Made by a program: the position numbers and the translations under genes. Source: an uncultured cyanobacterium (lineage in GTDB: Bacteria; Cyanobacteriota; Cyanobacteriia; Cyanobacteriales; CAWCAG01). From it: a stretch of 64,000 nucleotides of DNA. The notes beneath the pieces are model-generated. The model had not been told where the DNA came from. It saw only the letters and a program-made list of their open reading frames with translations, and did no database searches. Position 1 is the stretch's first letter. The number at the start of each line of letters is the position of its first letter. Shown piece after piece: positions 33,059-43,978 of this stretch. The stretch lies in NCBI GenBank assembly GCA_963803805.1, contig CAWDOD010000007.1, positions 1 through 64,000 on the forward strand, given 5' to 3'.

Positions 33059-35782
33059 GTGCTGATATCTCAAAAAAAGCTGCAAAAATTACCACCCTTA
33101 CCTCTGCGAGTTTTACTGGTATTACCTTTTTTAGTTCAAATTTGTGCCATTGTTGGTTTGACAGGATGGCTTTCTTTTCGCAATGGACAAAATGCGGTTA
33201 GTGATCTGGCAACGGAACTGCAAAAAGAAGTTCAATCTCAAGTAGAACATTATCTTGATGATTACTTAGCCCTACCTATACAAATTAATCACATTAATTT
33301 AGAAGCAGCTAAATTAGACTTGCTTAACTTAGAAGACTTTTCCCGTACCGGGCAGTACTTTTGGCAGCAAATGCAGGTGTTTGATGTCGGCTACATTAGT
33401 TATGCCACCCTGAAAGGAGAGTTTATTGGTATTGAACGGTTAGATAATGGGGAAGTTTTGATTAATGAAGTACCTTTATCTACCCAGGGGAAACTCTACG
33501 CTTACAAAACAGATGCAGAAGGGAATCGTACTCAACAAGTTAAAGTTACAACTGGTTATGATCCTCGCCTTGAAGCTTGGTATGCCGATGCTGTAGAAGC
33601 AGGCAAGCCTGTTTGGAGTGAGATTTATCAGTGGGAATATAAACCGGAGGTTTTATCTATTTCTTCTAGCTATCCTGTTTATGATGAGAGGCAAAATCTT
33701 CAAGGAGTTATTGGCGTTGATTTAATTCTTTCTCAGATCAATGATTTTCTCAGTAATCTAGAGTTAGATCGTTCCGGGCAGACCTTTATTTTAGAACGCA
33801 ATGGTTTATTGGTAGCTAGTTCAGCTACCGAAAAGTCTTTTGATTTGGTGGATGGTAAAGTAACCAGAAAGAAGGCTATTGATAGTCAAGATCTTATTGT
33901 TAATTCTACTGTTCAATATTTACAAAAACATTTTGGTCAATTAGCCGCCATTAAAAAGCCAGCCAACTTAGTATTGTATGTTGATGAGCAACAACAATTT
34001 CTGCAAGTTCTTCCTTATCAAGATTCCTTTGGTTTAGATTGGTTGGTGATTACAGTAATACCTGAATCAGATTTTGCAGATCAGGTGAATACTAATACCC
34101 GTACCACCATTTTGCTCTGTTTAGGAGCTTTAATTGTCGCTATTGTGATCAGCATTTTAACCTCTCGCTTGATCAGTAAACCGATCCGACAATTGAGCGG
34201 TGCTAGCAAAGCTATAGCTAATGGTAAATTGGATCAAAAAGTTGAGGTGGGTAGAGTTGATGAATTAGGTGTTTTAGCCGGTTCATTTAATAAAATGGCC
34301 CAGCAACTACACGATTCTTTCGCTGATTTAGCCAAAAATAATGAAGATTTAGAAAAAAAGGTACAGTTAAGAACTACAGCATTAGAAAAATCTGAAGCTC
34401 TACAAAAACAATTAAACCAACAACTAGAAAAAAGAGTCCAGCAACGCACCTCAGAACTGGAAAAAGCCAAAAAGAGAATGCAATTTATGGCTTTGCATGA
34501 TCCTTTAACTAATTTACCTAACCGGACTCTATTTTTAGAAAAGCTAGCAGATTGTATTTATAGCCAAAAAGAGTCAAATTATTTATTCGCTGTACTATTT
34601 TTAGACTGCGATCGCTTCAAAGTTATTAACGACTCTCTAGGACATTCAGCAGGGGATCAGTTATTAATTATCCTCACAAGTCGTTTAATTTCTTGTTTGC
34701 GCCCTGGAGATATTATCGCTCGTTTAGGGGGAGATGAGTTTGCTATCCTCTTAAATAAATTAGAAGGTATTGAAGAAGCGATCGCCGTTGCCCAAGCAAT
34801 TCAAGAAACCACCAACCAACCTTGTCAACTTAACCACTACCAGGTATTTATGAACTTCAGCATCGGTATTTGTCCTGGTTGGGAATATGAACAACCAGAA
34901 CATTTATTGAGGGATGCTGATACAGCTATGTATGCTGCCAAAGCTTCTGGTAAAGGTGCTTTTAAGGTATTTGACAATGAGATGCACGCTAAGGCAGTAG
35001 ATTTATTAAACTTAGAAACTGACTTACGGCAGGCGATAGAAAGGGAAGAGTTTTTAGTTTACTATCAACCAATTATTTGTCTTGACACAGGTAAGATACA
35101 AGCTTTTGAAGCCCTAGTACGCTGGCAGCATCCCCAACGGGGTTTCGTTTCTCCAGAACAGTTTATTCCCCTAGCAGAAGAAACTGGTTTGATTATTCCT
35201 TTAGGTATGTTGGTATTGAGGGAAGCCTGTCAGCAACTCCGGCAATGGCAAAAACTATTTTCACAAGAACACCCCCTTACCATGAGTGTAAATCTTTCGG
35301 TTAAACAGTTTTCTCAACCAGATTTATTAGGACAAATTGATCAAGTCCTTAAAGAAACTGATTTAGATAGTCGTAGTTTGAAGCTAGAAATTACCGAAAG
35401 CGCGATTATGGGCAACCCAGAAGATGCCCTGGCTATCCTTAATCAAATTAAAGAACGTCAAATCCAGTTAAGTATTGATGATTTTGGTACAGGTTATTCT
35501 TCTTTTAGTTACTTACACCGCCTACCTTTCGACACCTTAAAAATTGATCGTTCTTTTGTCAGCCAACTAGATGAAGTGAAAAAACATCGAGAAATTGTTG
35601 AGGCAATTGCAACTTTAGCCCAAAAGTTAAAAATGCAAGTCATTGCTGAAGGAATAGAAACAGAACAACAATTAGCACATTTAAGAAGTTTAGGTTGCGA
35701 TTTTGGTCAAGGTTGGTTTTTTTCTAAGCCTTTATCCCAAGAATCGGCTGAGAAGATGTTGTTGAATTCTCCTAAGTGGTAA
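33059..35782 (+). CDS. Cache-HAMP-GGDEF-EAL diguanylate cyclase/phosphodiesterase
   Basis: Two TMs flank a Cache-like domain, followed by HAMP (DELGVLAGSFNKM) and intact GGDEF, EAL and DDFGTGYSS motifs. Confidence 0.93.
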   Translation: MLISQKKLQKLPPLPLRVLLVLPFLVQICAIVGLTGWLSFRNGQNAVSDLATELQKEVQSQVEHYLDDYLALPIQINHINLEAAKLDLLNLEDFSRTGQYFWQQMQVFDVGYISYATLKGEFIGIERLDNGEVLINEVPLSTQGKLYAYKTDAEGNRTQQVKVTTGYDPRLEAWYADAVEAGKPVWSEIYQWEYKPEVLSISSSYPVYDERQNLQGVIGVDLILSQINDFLSNLELDRSGQTFILERNGLLVASSATEKSFDLVDGKVTRKKAIDSQDLIVNSTVQYLQKHFGQLAAIKKPANLVLYVDEQQQFLQVLPYQDSFGLDWLVITVIPESDFADQVNTNTRTTILLCLGALIVAIVISILTSRLISKPIRQLSGASKAIANGKLDQKVEVGRVDELGVLAGSFNKMAQQLHDSFADLAKNNEDLEKKVQLRTTALEKSEALQKQLNQQLEKRVQQRTSELEKAKKRMQFMALHDPLTNLPNRTLFLEKLADCIYSQKESNYLFAVLFLDCDRFKVINDSLGHSAGDQLLIILTSRLISCLRPGDIIARLGGDEFAILLNKLEGIEEAIAVAQAIQETTNQPCQLNHYQVFMNFSIGICPGWEYEQPEHLLRDADTAMYAAKASGKGAFKVFDNEMHAKAVDLLNLETDLRQAIEREEFLVYYQPIICLDTGKIQAFEALVRWQHPQRGFVSPEQFIPLAEETGLIIPLGMLVLREACQQLRQWQKLFSQEHPLTMSVNLSVKQFSQPDLLGQIDQVLKETDLDSRSLKLEITESAIMGNPEDALAILNQIKERQIQLSIDDFGTGYSSFSYLHRLPFDTLKIDRSFVSQLDEVKKHREIVEAIATLAQKLKMQVIAEGIETEQQLAHLRSLGCDFGQGWFFSKPLSQESAEKMLLNSPKW

Positions 35783-35802
35783 TGTGTATTAAATATTTCA
35801 AA

Positions 35803-35852
35803 TAGCAACTAGCTTATCGCTTTTAGATAAGTCTTTTCTTGGTTCTCTCTTA
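35803..35852. repeat. 50-bp dispersed intergenic repeat (second copy at 44798-44847)
   Basis: 46/50 identical. Contains a CTTATC-N7-GATAAG hairpin followed by a T-rich tract. Confidence 0.85.
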
Positions 35853-35901
35853 GAAGATGTTAGTCTAAATGCCAGTACGGTAAGCTAGGAGAAATTTAGC
35901 A

Positions 35902-36441
35902 TTGAGAACTAATATTCATATGTTCAAGCAACTTTTAACTGGCACTGTAACTTTTACTCTTTTGATTACAGTTGGTATACCCAGTTTGGCCCAAAGTCCC
36001 GAAATTGTTGCCCAGAGTCAACTTAAGCAAGTATCTAAAGGAGAAGTTAGTCCTCAAGAAGTGCAGCAGTTTTCTAGCGCTATTGTTAAATTGCAACTAA
36101 TTCAAAGACAATATAGAGGTGCAATAATTGGCGTTATTGAACAAGAAGGTTTTAGCCCAGAACGCTTTGTCGCAATTATACGCTCTGAACAAGAACAAAA
36201 ACCTCTTAATCCGGAATTAACCAACGAAGAAAGACAAAATTTGTCTGAAGCTATAACCCAAATTCAGGAAATACAGCAAAAGACTCAATTGTTGGAAGTA
36301 CAAGTAGTTCAAGAAGAGGGTTTAGGTGTGGAACGCTTTGAAGAACTTATAGAAGCAGTTGAAGAAAGTTCTGAATTGCAAAGTCAAGTCAGACAAGAAG
36401 TTAAGAGGATTATCGAAAGTTTATCTGCGCCAACAGAATAG
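35902..36441 (+). CDS. Exported DUF4168-like protein
   Basis: Signal-peptide-like N-terminus and two GF/LxxERF helical repeats. Confidence 0.7.
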   Translation: MRTNIHMFKQLLTGTVTFTLLITVGIPSLAQSPEIVAQSQLKQVSKGEVSPQEVQQFSSAIVKLQLIQRQYRGAIIGVIEQEGFSPERFVAIIRSEQEQKPLNPELTNEERQNLSEAITQIQEIQQKTQLLEVQVVQEEGLGVERFEELIEAVEESSELQSQVRQEVKRIIESLSAPTE

Positions 36442-36459
36442 CATCTTTTATATTTTGAG

Positions 36460-36496
36460 ATCCTGCCTTAGTTTCAAGATATAACTAAGGTAGGAT
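36460..36496 (+). terminator. Intergenic hairpin
   Basis: ATCCTGCCTTAGTT-N9-AACTAAGGTAGGAT 14-bp stem with one G-U pair, between co-oriented genes. Confidence 0.5.
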
Positions 36497-36518
36497 TACT
36501 TATTGCTGATTATTTGAA

Positions 36519-38555
36519 ATGTCCAATCGTCTTGCCCAAACCGACAGCCTCTACCTACAAAAACACGCTGATAATCCTATTGATTGGTGGCCTTGGTGTG
36601 ATGAGGCTTTAGAAACTGCTCAACAAGAGAATCGCCCGATCTTCCTTTCTGTAGGTTATTCTAGCTGTCATTGGTGTACTGTTATGGAAGGAGAGGCCTT
36701 TTCAGATGCTGCGATCGCCGCTTATATGAATGCTAATTTTTTACCGATTAAAGTAGATCGTGAAGAAAGGCCGGACTTAGATAGTATTTATATGCAAGCG
36801 TTGCAAATGATGACAAGTCAGGGGGGTTGGCCTCTGAATATTTTTCTAACTCCTGATGAACGCATCCCTTTTTATGGCGGCACTTATTTCCCCGTAGAAC
36901 CCCGTTATGGTCGTCCGGGCTTTTTGGAGGTATTACGCTCTATACGACGCTTTTATGACGTAGAGAAGGAAAAGCTGGCGGGGTTTAAGCAAGAAATCAT
37001 GAAGGGGTTGCAGCAAGGAACTGTTATTGTTCCTAATCCCCCCGGTTCCTTAACCAAAGAACTATTGCAACAGGGTATTGAAAATAATACTCGCGTCATT
37101 AGTGGCCCTAATTATGCCCCTAATTTCCCCATGATGCCCTACACTCAACTGGCTTTGCAAGGAGGTTGGTTAACTTCTCAAGGAGAAGCCGTTACCCCGG
37201 CAGCTTTGAAAAGAGGTAGTGATTTGGCCAAGGGAGGGATTTATGACCATGTGGGAGGAGGTTTTCATCGCTATACCGTAGATGCAACCTGGACAGTACC
37301 TCACTTTGAAAAGATGCTCTATGATAATGGACAGATTGTGGAATTTCTGGCTAATCTTTGGAGTGGGGGAGTACAAGAACCTGCTTTTAAAAGAGCGATT
37401 ACCGGAACGGTGCAATGGCTGAAGCGGGAAATGACTGCCCCGGAAGGCTACTTTTATGCAGCCCAGGATGCTGATAATTTTGTAACCCCAGAAGAAGTGG
37501 AACCGGAGGAGGGGGCTTTTTATGTTTGGAGTCACGAAGAGTTACAGCAATTGCTAACCCCAGAGGAGCTTGCAGCCTTAGAAGCAAGATTTACGATTTC
37601 TGCCCCAGGTAACTTTGAAGGTAAAAATGTTTTGCAGCGTCGGGATGTAGCTGAATTTCCTGAAGAGGTAGAAGAGATTCTCACTAAGTTGTTTGCTGTA
37701 CGATATGGTAAGAAGTTTGCATCAGAGGAAACTTTCACCCCGGCGAGGAATAATCAAGAAGCGAAAAGTAACAATTGGGCTGGTAGAATTCCTCCTGTCA
37801 CTGATACGAAGATGATTGTAGCTTGGAATAGTTTAATGATTTCTGGTTTGGCAAGAGCTTATGGTGTTTTTGGTGAACAGGAATATTTAGATTTAGCAGT
37901 TAGGGCAACTAACTTTATTCTGGAAAATCAGTGGCTGAGGGAACGCTTTCATCGTCTTAATTATGAAGGGAAAGTTGCGGTTTTGGCACAATCAGAAGAT
38001 TATGCTTTGTTTATTAAAGCTTTGTTAGATTTGCAAGCAGTCTCTCCCCAGAATACAACTTGGTTAGACAAAGCGGTAGAAATACAAGAAGAATTTGATC
38101 ACCTGCTTTGGTGTTTGGAAATGGGGGGATACTTCAATACTGCACCGGATGGCAGCAAAGACTTACTGATCAAAGAACGTAGTTATTTAGATAACGCCAC
38201 CCCCGCAGCTAATGGAGTTGCGATCGCTAATTTGATGCGTTTAGCTTTGTTAAAGGAAGATAAAGATTATCAAGATAGGGCAGAACAAGCTTTACAAGCA
38301 TTTGCTAGTGTAATGAGTAAATCACCCACTGCTTGCCCCAGTTTATTTTCCGCTTTAGATTGGTTTTTTCATGGTGCTTTGATTCAAGCCAAAGCAGAAC
38401 AACTTCAAACCTTTATTCCCCAGTACTTACCAACTTGTGCTTATCAAGTGGATGCTAATTTACCAGAAGAGATTTTTGGTTTAGTTTGTCGAGATTTTGT
38501 TTGCCTCAAGCCAGCAAAAAGTTGGCAGGAATTGAAGAAGCAAATTATTAATTAA
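36519..38555 (+). CDS. Thioredoxin-domain protein, YyaL/DUF255 family
   Basis: NRLA...SLYLQKHADNP, CHWC and PHFEKMLYDN motifs. Confidence 0.92.
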   Translation: MSNRLAQTDSLYLQKHADNPIDWWPWCDEALETAQQENRPIFLSVGYSSCHWCTVMEGEAFSDAAIAAYMNANFLPIKVDREERPDLDSIYMQALQMMTSQGGWPLNIFLTPDERIPFYGGTYFPVEPRYGRPGFLEVLRSIRRFYDVEKEKLAGFKQEIMKGLQQGTVIVPNPPGSLTKELLQQGIENNTRVISGPNYAPNFPMMPYTQLALQGGWLTSQGEAVTPAALKRGSDLAKGGIYDHVGGGFHRYTVDATWTVPHFEKMLYDNGQIVEFLANLWSGGVQEPAFKRAITGTVQWLKREMTAPEGYFYAAQDADNFVTPEEVEPEEGAFYVWSHEELQQLLTPEELAALEARFTISAPGNFEGKNVLQRRDVAEFPEEVEEILTKLFAVRYGKKFASEETFTPARNNQEAKSNNWAGRIPPVTDTKMIVAWNSLMISGLARAYGVFGEQEYLDLAVRATNFILENQWLRERFHRLNYEGKVAVLAQSEDYALFIKALLDLQAVSPQNTTWLDKAVEIQEEFDHLLWCLEMGGYFNTAPDGSKDLLIKERSYLDNATPAANGVAIANLMRLALLKEDKDYQDRAEQALQAFASVMSKSPTACPSLFSALDWFFHGALIQAKAEQLQTFIPQYLPTCAYQVDANLPEEIFGLVCRDFVCLKPAKSWQELKKQIIN

Positions 38556-38832
38556 GCACCCATTAAACTTGTATATAAAAACATCGAAATATCATTTCCT
38601 AAAAGCAACTACTAAGTAAATAATCTTTCTCTTTCCTGACAAATTAAATGCCAGCACTATTTAGCATTTTCTTAGTGCATATATTCTTTTGAAATCGAAA
38701 AATACTTAAACAAAAATACTAATACTTTCTATTTATATATCTAAGCTTTAATACTGGACTTTACACAGATTTCGTGTATTTTTTGATATATTAAGTTAAC
38801 CTCTAGTAAGTTTCCCTTACCAGAAAATACTA

Positions 38833-40506
38833 ATGCTCTTGGAAAATCGTTACCAAGTCCTCCGTGCTTTGGGTCAAGGGGGTTTTGGTGAAACATTTTT
38901 AGCTGAAGATACTCATTTGCCTTCGGGCCGCCGTTGTGTTATCAAACAGCTAAAACCAGTTAACAATGACCCTAAAATTTATCAGGTGATCAAAGATCGC
39001 TTTCAAAGAGAAGCTGTAATGCTTGAAGAATTGGGAGCTGCAAATCAGCAAATTCCCAGTTTATACGCTTATTTTGAAAGTGATAATCAATTTTATCTCG
39101 TACAAGAATATATTGAAGGCACTACCTTAAGCAACCATCTACAAACTCACGGAACCCTTAGTGAAAGTTCTCTTCGAGAAATTCTCGTCAATCTTTTGCC
39201 TGTTTTAGATTATATCCACAGTAAGCGTATTATTCATCGGGACATCAAACCAGACAACATTATTTTGCGTAATGGGGATAGATTACCAGTTTTAATTGAC
39301 TTTGGTGCAGTCAAAGAAGCAATGGGAACTTTGGTTTCTCCTTCTGGCCATGCAAACAGTTCCATTGTCATTGGTACACCGGGTTTTATGTCCTCAGAAC
39401 AAAATGCAGGCAGGCCAGTATTTTCCAGTGACTTGTATAGTTTAAGCTTAACAGCCATTTACGGCTTGACCGGTAAAACACCCCAAGATTTAGAAAGCGA
39501 TCCTCAAACAGGAGAGGTGATTTGGCGCAAGTATGCACCGACAGTAAGCCCTAGCTTAGCAGGTATTTTAGACAAAGCACTCCAATTTCATCCGCGCGAT
39601 CGCTACAACAGTGCTTCAGAAATGCTAGCAGCACTCCAAGGCAATTCTCAATTTCCCCCTACTATTATTCCTCCTCCCCAGCCCTCTAACAATTTTGCAT
39701 CGACGGAAGTGTCTATGCCTCCCGGTAGCGGAGGATATCCCCAGCAACCACCAACTGTAGTTTCAACATCCCCCCAATACTATCCCTCACCACCAGCAAA
39801 CCAGCCTCATGCTTCGGGTGAGTGGCAAAAGGCAGTGATTACAGGAGGAGTAGTGGGCTTGTTTATTTTGGCAGCCAGTGTGATTGCTGTACCAAGGTTG
39901 ACAGAAGAGCAAGAAACAGCAAGCGAAACTACAGAGTCTCCGGTGGAAACGGTTGTAGAAGAGGAAGAGACACCTAAGCAAAATGAAGAACAAGCTGGTG
40001 TTCCTAGTACTTCACAAGCTAACAAAGTTGTACCACCATCAACACAACAACCTGCACCAACATCAGTTCCTACACAAGCAGTCACATCTTCTGCACCATC
40101 TATTTCTCAACAAGAGGCCGTTAACTTAGTAAATAGCTGGCTGCAAGCAAAGCGGGAACTTTTTTCTCCTCCCTACAACCGACAAGCTGGGGCAGCATTG
40201 CTAACAGGTAAAGCTTATCAAGACAACATCAGAAAAACTGACGGTACTGAAAGCTCTGTAGATTGGCTAGAAAACAATAATTCCTACTATGAATACGGTG
40301 TACAAAATATCGATAACGTCGAAAGATTTGTCGCTAATGGCGACAATGCAACGGTTGAAGTTTTAGTAACAGAAGAACGAACCTTGTATAACAGTCGGGG
40401 AAGCATTGATCCTAATAACACAGCTTTAGATACAAATTTAGTTCGCTATAGTTTGCAGTTTGATGGCAGCAGTTGGAAGATTTCTGATTACAAAGTAATT
40501 AATTAA
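38833..40506 (+). CDS. Membrane Ser/Thr protein kinase with a C-terminal IMS/ARC6 (DUF4101)-like domain
   Basis: LGQGGFG, HRDIKPDN and DFG motifs, Pro-rich linker and TM. C-terminus WLQAKRELFSPPY...VRYSL...WKI. Confidence 0.88.
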   Translation: MLLENRYQVLRALGQGGFGETFLAEDTHLPSGRRCVIKQLKPVNNDPKIYQVIKDRFQREAVMLEELGAANQQIPSLYAYFESDNQFYLVQEYIEGTTLSNHLQTHGTLSESSLREILVNLLPVLDYIHSKRIIHRDIKPDNIILRNGDRLPVLIDFGAVKEAMGTLVSPSGHANSSIVIGTPGFMSSEQNAGRPVFSSDLYSLSLTAIYGLTGKTPQDLESDPQTGEVIWRKYAPTVSPSLAGILDKALQFHPRDRYNSASEMLAALQGNSQFPPTIIPPPQPSNNFASTEVSMPPGSGGYPQQPPTVVSTSPQYYPSPPANQPHASGEWQKAVITGGVVGLFILAASVIAVPRLTEEQETASETTESPVETVVEEEETPKQNEEQAGVPSTSQANKVVPPSTQQPAPTSVPTQAVTSSAPSISQQEAVNLVNSWLQAKRELFSPPYNRQAGAALLTGKAYQDNIRKTDGTESSVDWLENNNSYYEYGVQNIDNVERFVANGDNATVEVLVTEERTLYNSRGSIDPNNTALDTNLVRYSLQFDGSSWKISDYKVIN

Positions 40507-40524
40507 CGCAAGGCTTAACTAGAT

Positions 40525-41718
40525 ATGAAATCTGAAAGAAGAAAATCATTCAGGAAAAAGCCAAGCCTATCTAAATTCAAGTTTCTGGCTACTGCTAGCT
40601 TGGTGGCAATTGTAGTTACAGGAATGGGATTGAAATTGCTTGCATTGCATAATTCATCACCAGAAACGGGCATTAATTCTCCTGTATCATCGCCTGAAAA
40701 TACTCCCTCAGAAACTTTCCCTCTTACAGAAAGTTCGACTTCTGCTACTTCATCTCAGATTGTAGTCTCTCCTTTCATTTACCAAGGGAAAGAACTGATT
40801 TACAACGTCACTCAACCCCCTAACTTTGAAAACAGTCAAAGATTAGAGGAAATAGTTCAGGAAATAGTTAATCTGAGTGCAGCTAGAAATTTACCAACAG
40901 ATTCTCTATCAATTACTTTGATTGATATAAATTCTGGAGAATTTGCAGAATTTAATCAGTCTGTACCTCGATATCCTGCTAGCGTTGTTAAATTATTTTG
41001 GCTCACTGCTCTCTATAGTCAACTTGCATCTGGTATTGGGTTAGAAGATCAAGAATTAGAAAAAGAAATTTACCAGATGATGGAAAAATCAGATAATGAA
41101 GCAGCTAGTAAGATAGTTGATCGATTAACTGGTACAGAATCAGGAGAATTTACCAGTGAGCAAGAATTTGTCAGTTGGCACGAAAAACGTTCATGGCTAA
41201 ACCGTTTTTTTGCTCAAGCTGGCTATCAGGATATTTATATTAGTCAGAAAACTTTTCCTATTCCTTATCTCAAATATGATAGTCCAGAAGGATTAGATCA
41301 GCAGATGCGAGGTGATGATTTACAAAATCCAATCCGCAATCAAGTAACTACAGAACAAGTAAGCAGATTAATATATGAAATTGTTCAGGGAAAATCTGTT
41401 TCTCCTCAATACAGCGAAAAAATATTAACTATACTAAAAAAAGATTTACGTCCAGCCGCTTGGGAAAATATAGATACTAATATAGAATTTAACCCTATTA
41501 GAGCTTTTTTTGGAGAGTATTTACCTCCTGAAGAAGTAGAAATTTTCTCTAAGGCTGGATGGACTTCTAGAGGTAGACAGGAAGTAGCTTATGTTAAAAG
41601 TTTTGATGGAAATGTAGCTTATATATTGGCGATTTTTGCTGAAGATTCCGGCTATGCTACTGATTGGAAAGCTTTCCCTGGAATATCGAGGTTAGTTTAT
41701 GACAGGATGTCAAAATAA
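40525..41718 (+). CDS. Class A beta-lactamase-like serine hydrolase (PBP-A-like)
   Basis: N-terminal anchor plus SxxK (ASVVK), SDN and KAG motifs. Confidence 0.85.
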   Translation: MKSERRKSFRKKPSLSKFKFLATASLVAIVVTGMGLKLLALHNSSPETGINSPVSSPENTPSETFPLTESSTSATSSQIVVSPFIYQGKELIYNVTQPPNFENSQRLEEIVQEIVNLSAARNLPTDSLSITLIDINSGEFAEFNQSVPRYPASVVKLFWLTALYSQLASGIGLEDQELEKEIYQMMEKSDNEAASKIVDRLTGTESGEFTSEQEFVSWHEKRSWLNRFFAQAGYQDIYISQKTFPIPYLKYDSPEGLDQQMRGDDLQNPIRNQVTTEQVSRLIYEIVQGKSVSPQYSEKILTILKKDLRPAAWENIDTNIEFNPIRAFFGEYLPPEEVEIFSKAGWTSRGRQEVAYVKSFDGNVAYILAIFAEDSGYATDWKAFPGISRLVYDRMSK

Positions 41719-41735
41719 ATGTAGCTTGAGGAATT

Positions 41736-42455
41736 TTAAATCGTCTCTGGATCTATGTCTAATTCCCGTAGCTTAGCTGCGAATCTTTCTGCGCGGGTAG
41801 CTAACTCTTTTAAAGTAGGAACTAACTTCCCTTCCGTAGTGAAAAAACGTAACTGCTCGTTGTGAATCCCTAAATACAAACCTAACTGCTGACTCCACAG
41901 GCGCTCTTGGGTATCAGCTTCTAGAGGCTGATACTCTCCATCTACTAAATGAAAGCCTGCCAATTCTAAGCTGTAGGGGTCAAACCAGAAATAATCTGGG
42001 GTGCGGAAGGTGTTTTCATAAAGTTGTTTTTTGAAGTCTTTATCTATATTCGCGGTACTAGAAGAAAGAATTTCCACAATCACATGGGGATATTGACCAT
42101 TTTCTTCCCACACTACCCAGCTTTTTCTCGTTTTCCTTTCTGCTCCCAAAACCACGAAAAAGTCTGGGCCACGAAAGTCTTCTGATTTCTTCTGGTTAGG
42201 ACTATAGTAAATGGTGAGATTACCAGCACTATAGAAATCGTTTCTATCTTTCCATAACCATTCGAGGCTTTGCAACAAGATAATTATTTGCCGTAGATGC
42301 AGTTCAGTTTCCAAGGGGGGTTCATTACTGTACAAGTCACCAGGAGGAAAGATAACATCTTCTGGCTGTTCCCTCCAAGTTTCCCCAGGTGATGCCGGGA
42401 TTGTATCTGCTTGCAGGCTATTTTGGTTAGAGGCAAGTTCTTTGGCAACAGACAT
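41736..42455 (-). CDS. Uma2-family endonuclease
   Basis: NEPPLETELH, FRGPDFFVV, VEILSSST and DYFWFDP motifs. Confidence 0.92.
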   Translation of the reverse strand: MSVAKELASNQNSLQADTIPASPGETWREQPEDVIFPPGDLYSNEPPLETELHLRQIIILLQSLEWLWKDRNDFYSAGNLTIYYSPNQKKSEDFRGPDFFVVLGAERKTRKSWVVWEENGQYPHVIVEILSSSTANIDKDFKKQLYENTFRTPDYFWFDPYSLELAGFHLVDGEYQPLEADTQERLWSQQLGLYLGIHNEQLRFFTTEGKLVPTLKELATRAERFAAKLRELDIDPETI

Positions 42456-42562
42456 AACTGCGGAGAGGAGTTTAAATGGTTATGTTTATTTTAGCGCTAG
42501 GATGGGAGAGAATATACTGTAGTTGGCACAATTAAGCTACTCTTGACAGTACCCGTCAGCCC

Positions 42563-43978
42563 TTAATCCCTATTTTTCACCCAAATCTTAACTGTAGAAT
42601 CCGCCCCACCACTAACAATTGTTTGACCATCAGGGCTATAAGCAAGGGACATTACCTCATCACTATGACCTTTAAGAGTATACATTTCCTCACCTTTGTT
42701 AAGATCCCAAATTTTAATATACTTACTCCAGCTACCACTAATCAAATTCTTACCATCAGGAGAAAAAGCAACTGCCCCAACTCTATCTAAATGTCCTCGT
42801 AAAGTACAAATTTGTTCTCCAGTTTCTACTTTCCAAAGATATATGTGACAATTAAAACCTCCTGTAGCTATAGTTTGACTATCAGGACTAATTGCTACAG
42901 ATAATACCCCCGATTTACCCTTCACAGAACGAATCAACTTACCATTAGCCAATTTTCTAACTCTTAACGCTTTTTCCATACCACCTCCCACAAAGAAATT
43001 ACCATTTGAACTAATAGCAACCGAAAGAACTTGTGCAGAATAGCCTGTTAAATCATAAAGCTCTTTACCTGTATTAATTTGCCAAATTTTAATAGTTTTA
43101 TCGGCCCCACCACTAATAATCTTTTTTCTATCGGGACTAATCGCAACACTTAAGACTGTATCTCTATGTCCTCCTAACCAACTACCAAAAGTTTGAACTA
43201 ATTTACCTGTACTTAACTGCCAAAGTTTAATGGTTTTATCTGCACTACCACTAGCTAAAGTTTTGCCATCAGGATTAAAAACCACACAAGAAATTGCGGC
43301 GGAATGTCCTGTTAATGTCCGAATTTCTCGACCTGTATGCAATTGAAAAAGTTTAATTGTACCATCATAGCTACCACTAGCTAATATTCTACCATCAGGA
43401 CTTATAGCAACAGAAGAAACTTTTCCTTTATGCTTTTTCAGTGTCTGGTTACATTGCCAAGGGGTATTACTATCTTGGGTATTAGTTGCTGTTGGTTGTT
43501 GATAGTAACTTTGTTGCAGATTTTGTTCTCGCTTAATTTTCTTCGCTGTTTCAAAGTCACTCTCTGCCCGTAAGGAATAGCCAACCCTTTCATAAATAAA
43601 ACCGCGATATAAATAAGCCTTAATGTAATCTGGTTTTAATCTAATGGCGTGGGTAAAATCATCAATAGCACGGTCAAATTTCTTCTTTTCATAGTTGGTT
43701 ACTCCTCTGTTATAAAAAACTTCCCAAGGTTCACTGGGAGTAGAAACTTTAGTTTTAATTGTTCCCTGGCGATAAGGAGGTTTGTAAAATTTGAGCTTCT
43801 CGTAAGCTTCATTGATTAACTTAATTTTTTCTTCGGCTTCTTCTTTGAGATGAGGTTCTGTCGCAAATCGATCTGGATGCCAAGTTTTTGCCATTTGACG
43901 ATAGGCTTGCTTAATATCTTTCTGGGAAGCACCAGGTTTTAACCCTAAAATCTCGTAATATTGATTTATAGTAGTCAT
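42563..43978 (-). CDS. DnaJ-TPR-WD40 protein
   Basis: J-domain with HPD, a TPR pair and seven WD40 repeats. Confidence 0.92.
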   Translation of the reverse strand: MTTINQYYEILGLKPGASQKDIKQAYRQMAKTWHPDRFATEPHLKEEAEEKIKLINEAYEKLKFYKPPYRQGTIKTKVSTPSEPWEVFYNRGVTNYEKKKFDRAIDDFTHAIRLKPDYIKAYLYRGFIYERVGYSLRAESDFETAKKIKREQNLQQSYYQQPTATNTQDSNTPWQCNQTLKKHKGKVSSVAISPDGRILASGSYDGTIKLFQLHTGREIRTLTGHSAAISCVVFNPDGKTLASGSADKTIKLWQLSTGKLVQTFGSWLGGHRDTVLSVAISPDRKKIISGGADKTIKIWQINTGKELYDLTGYSAQVLSVAISSNGNFFVGGGMEKALRVRKLANGKLIRSVKGKSGVLSVAISPDSQTIATGGFNCHIYLWKVETGEQICTLRGHLDRVGAVAFSPDGKNLISGSWSKYIKIWDLNKGEEMYTLKGHSDEVMSLAYSPDGQTIVSGGADSTVKIWVKNRD

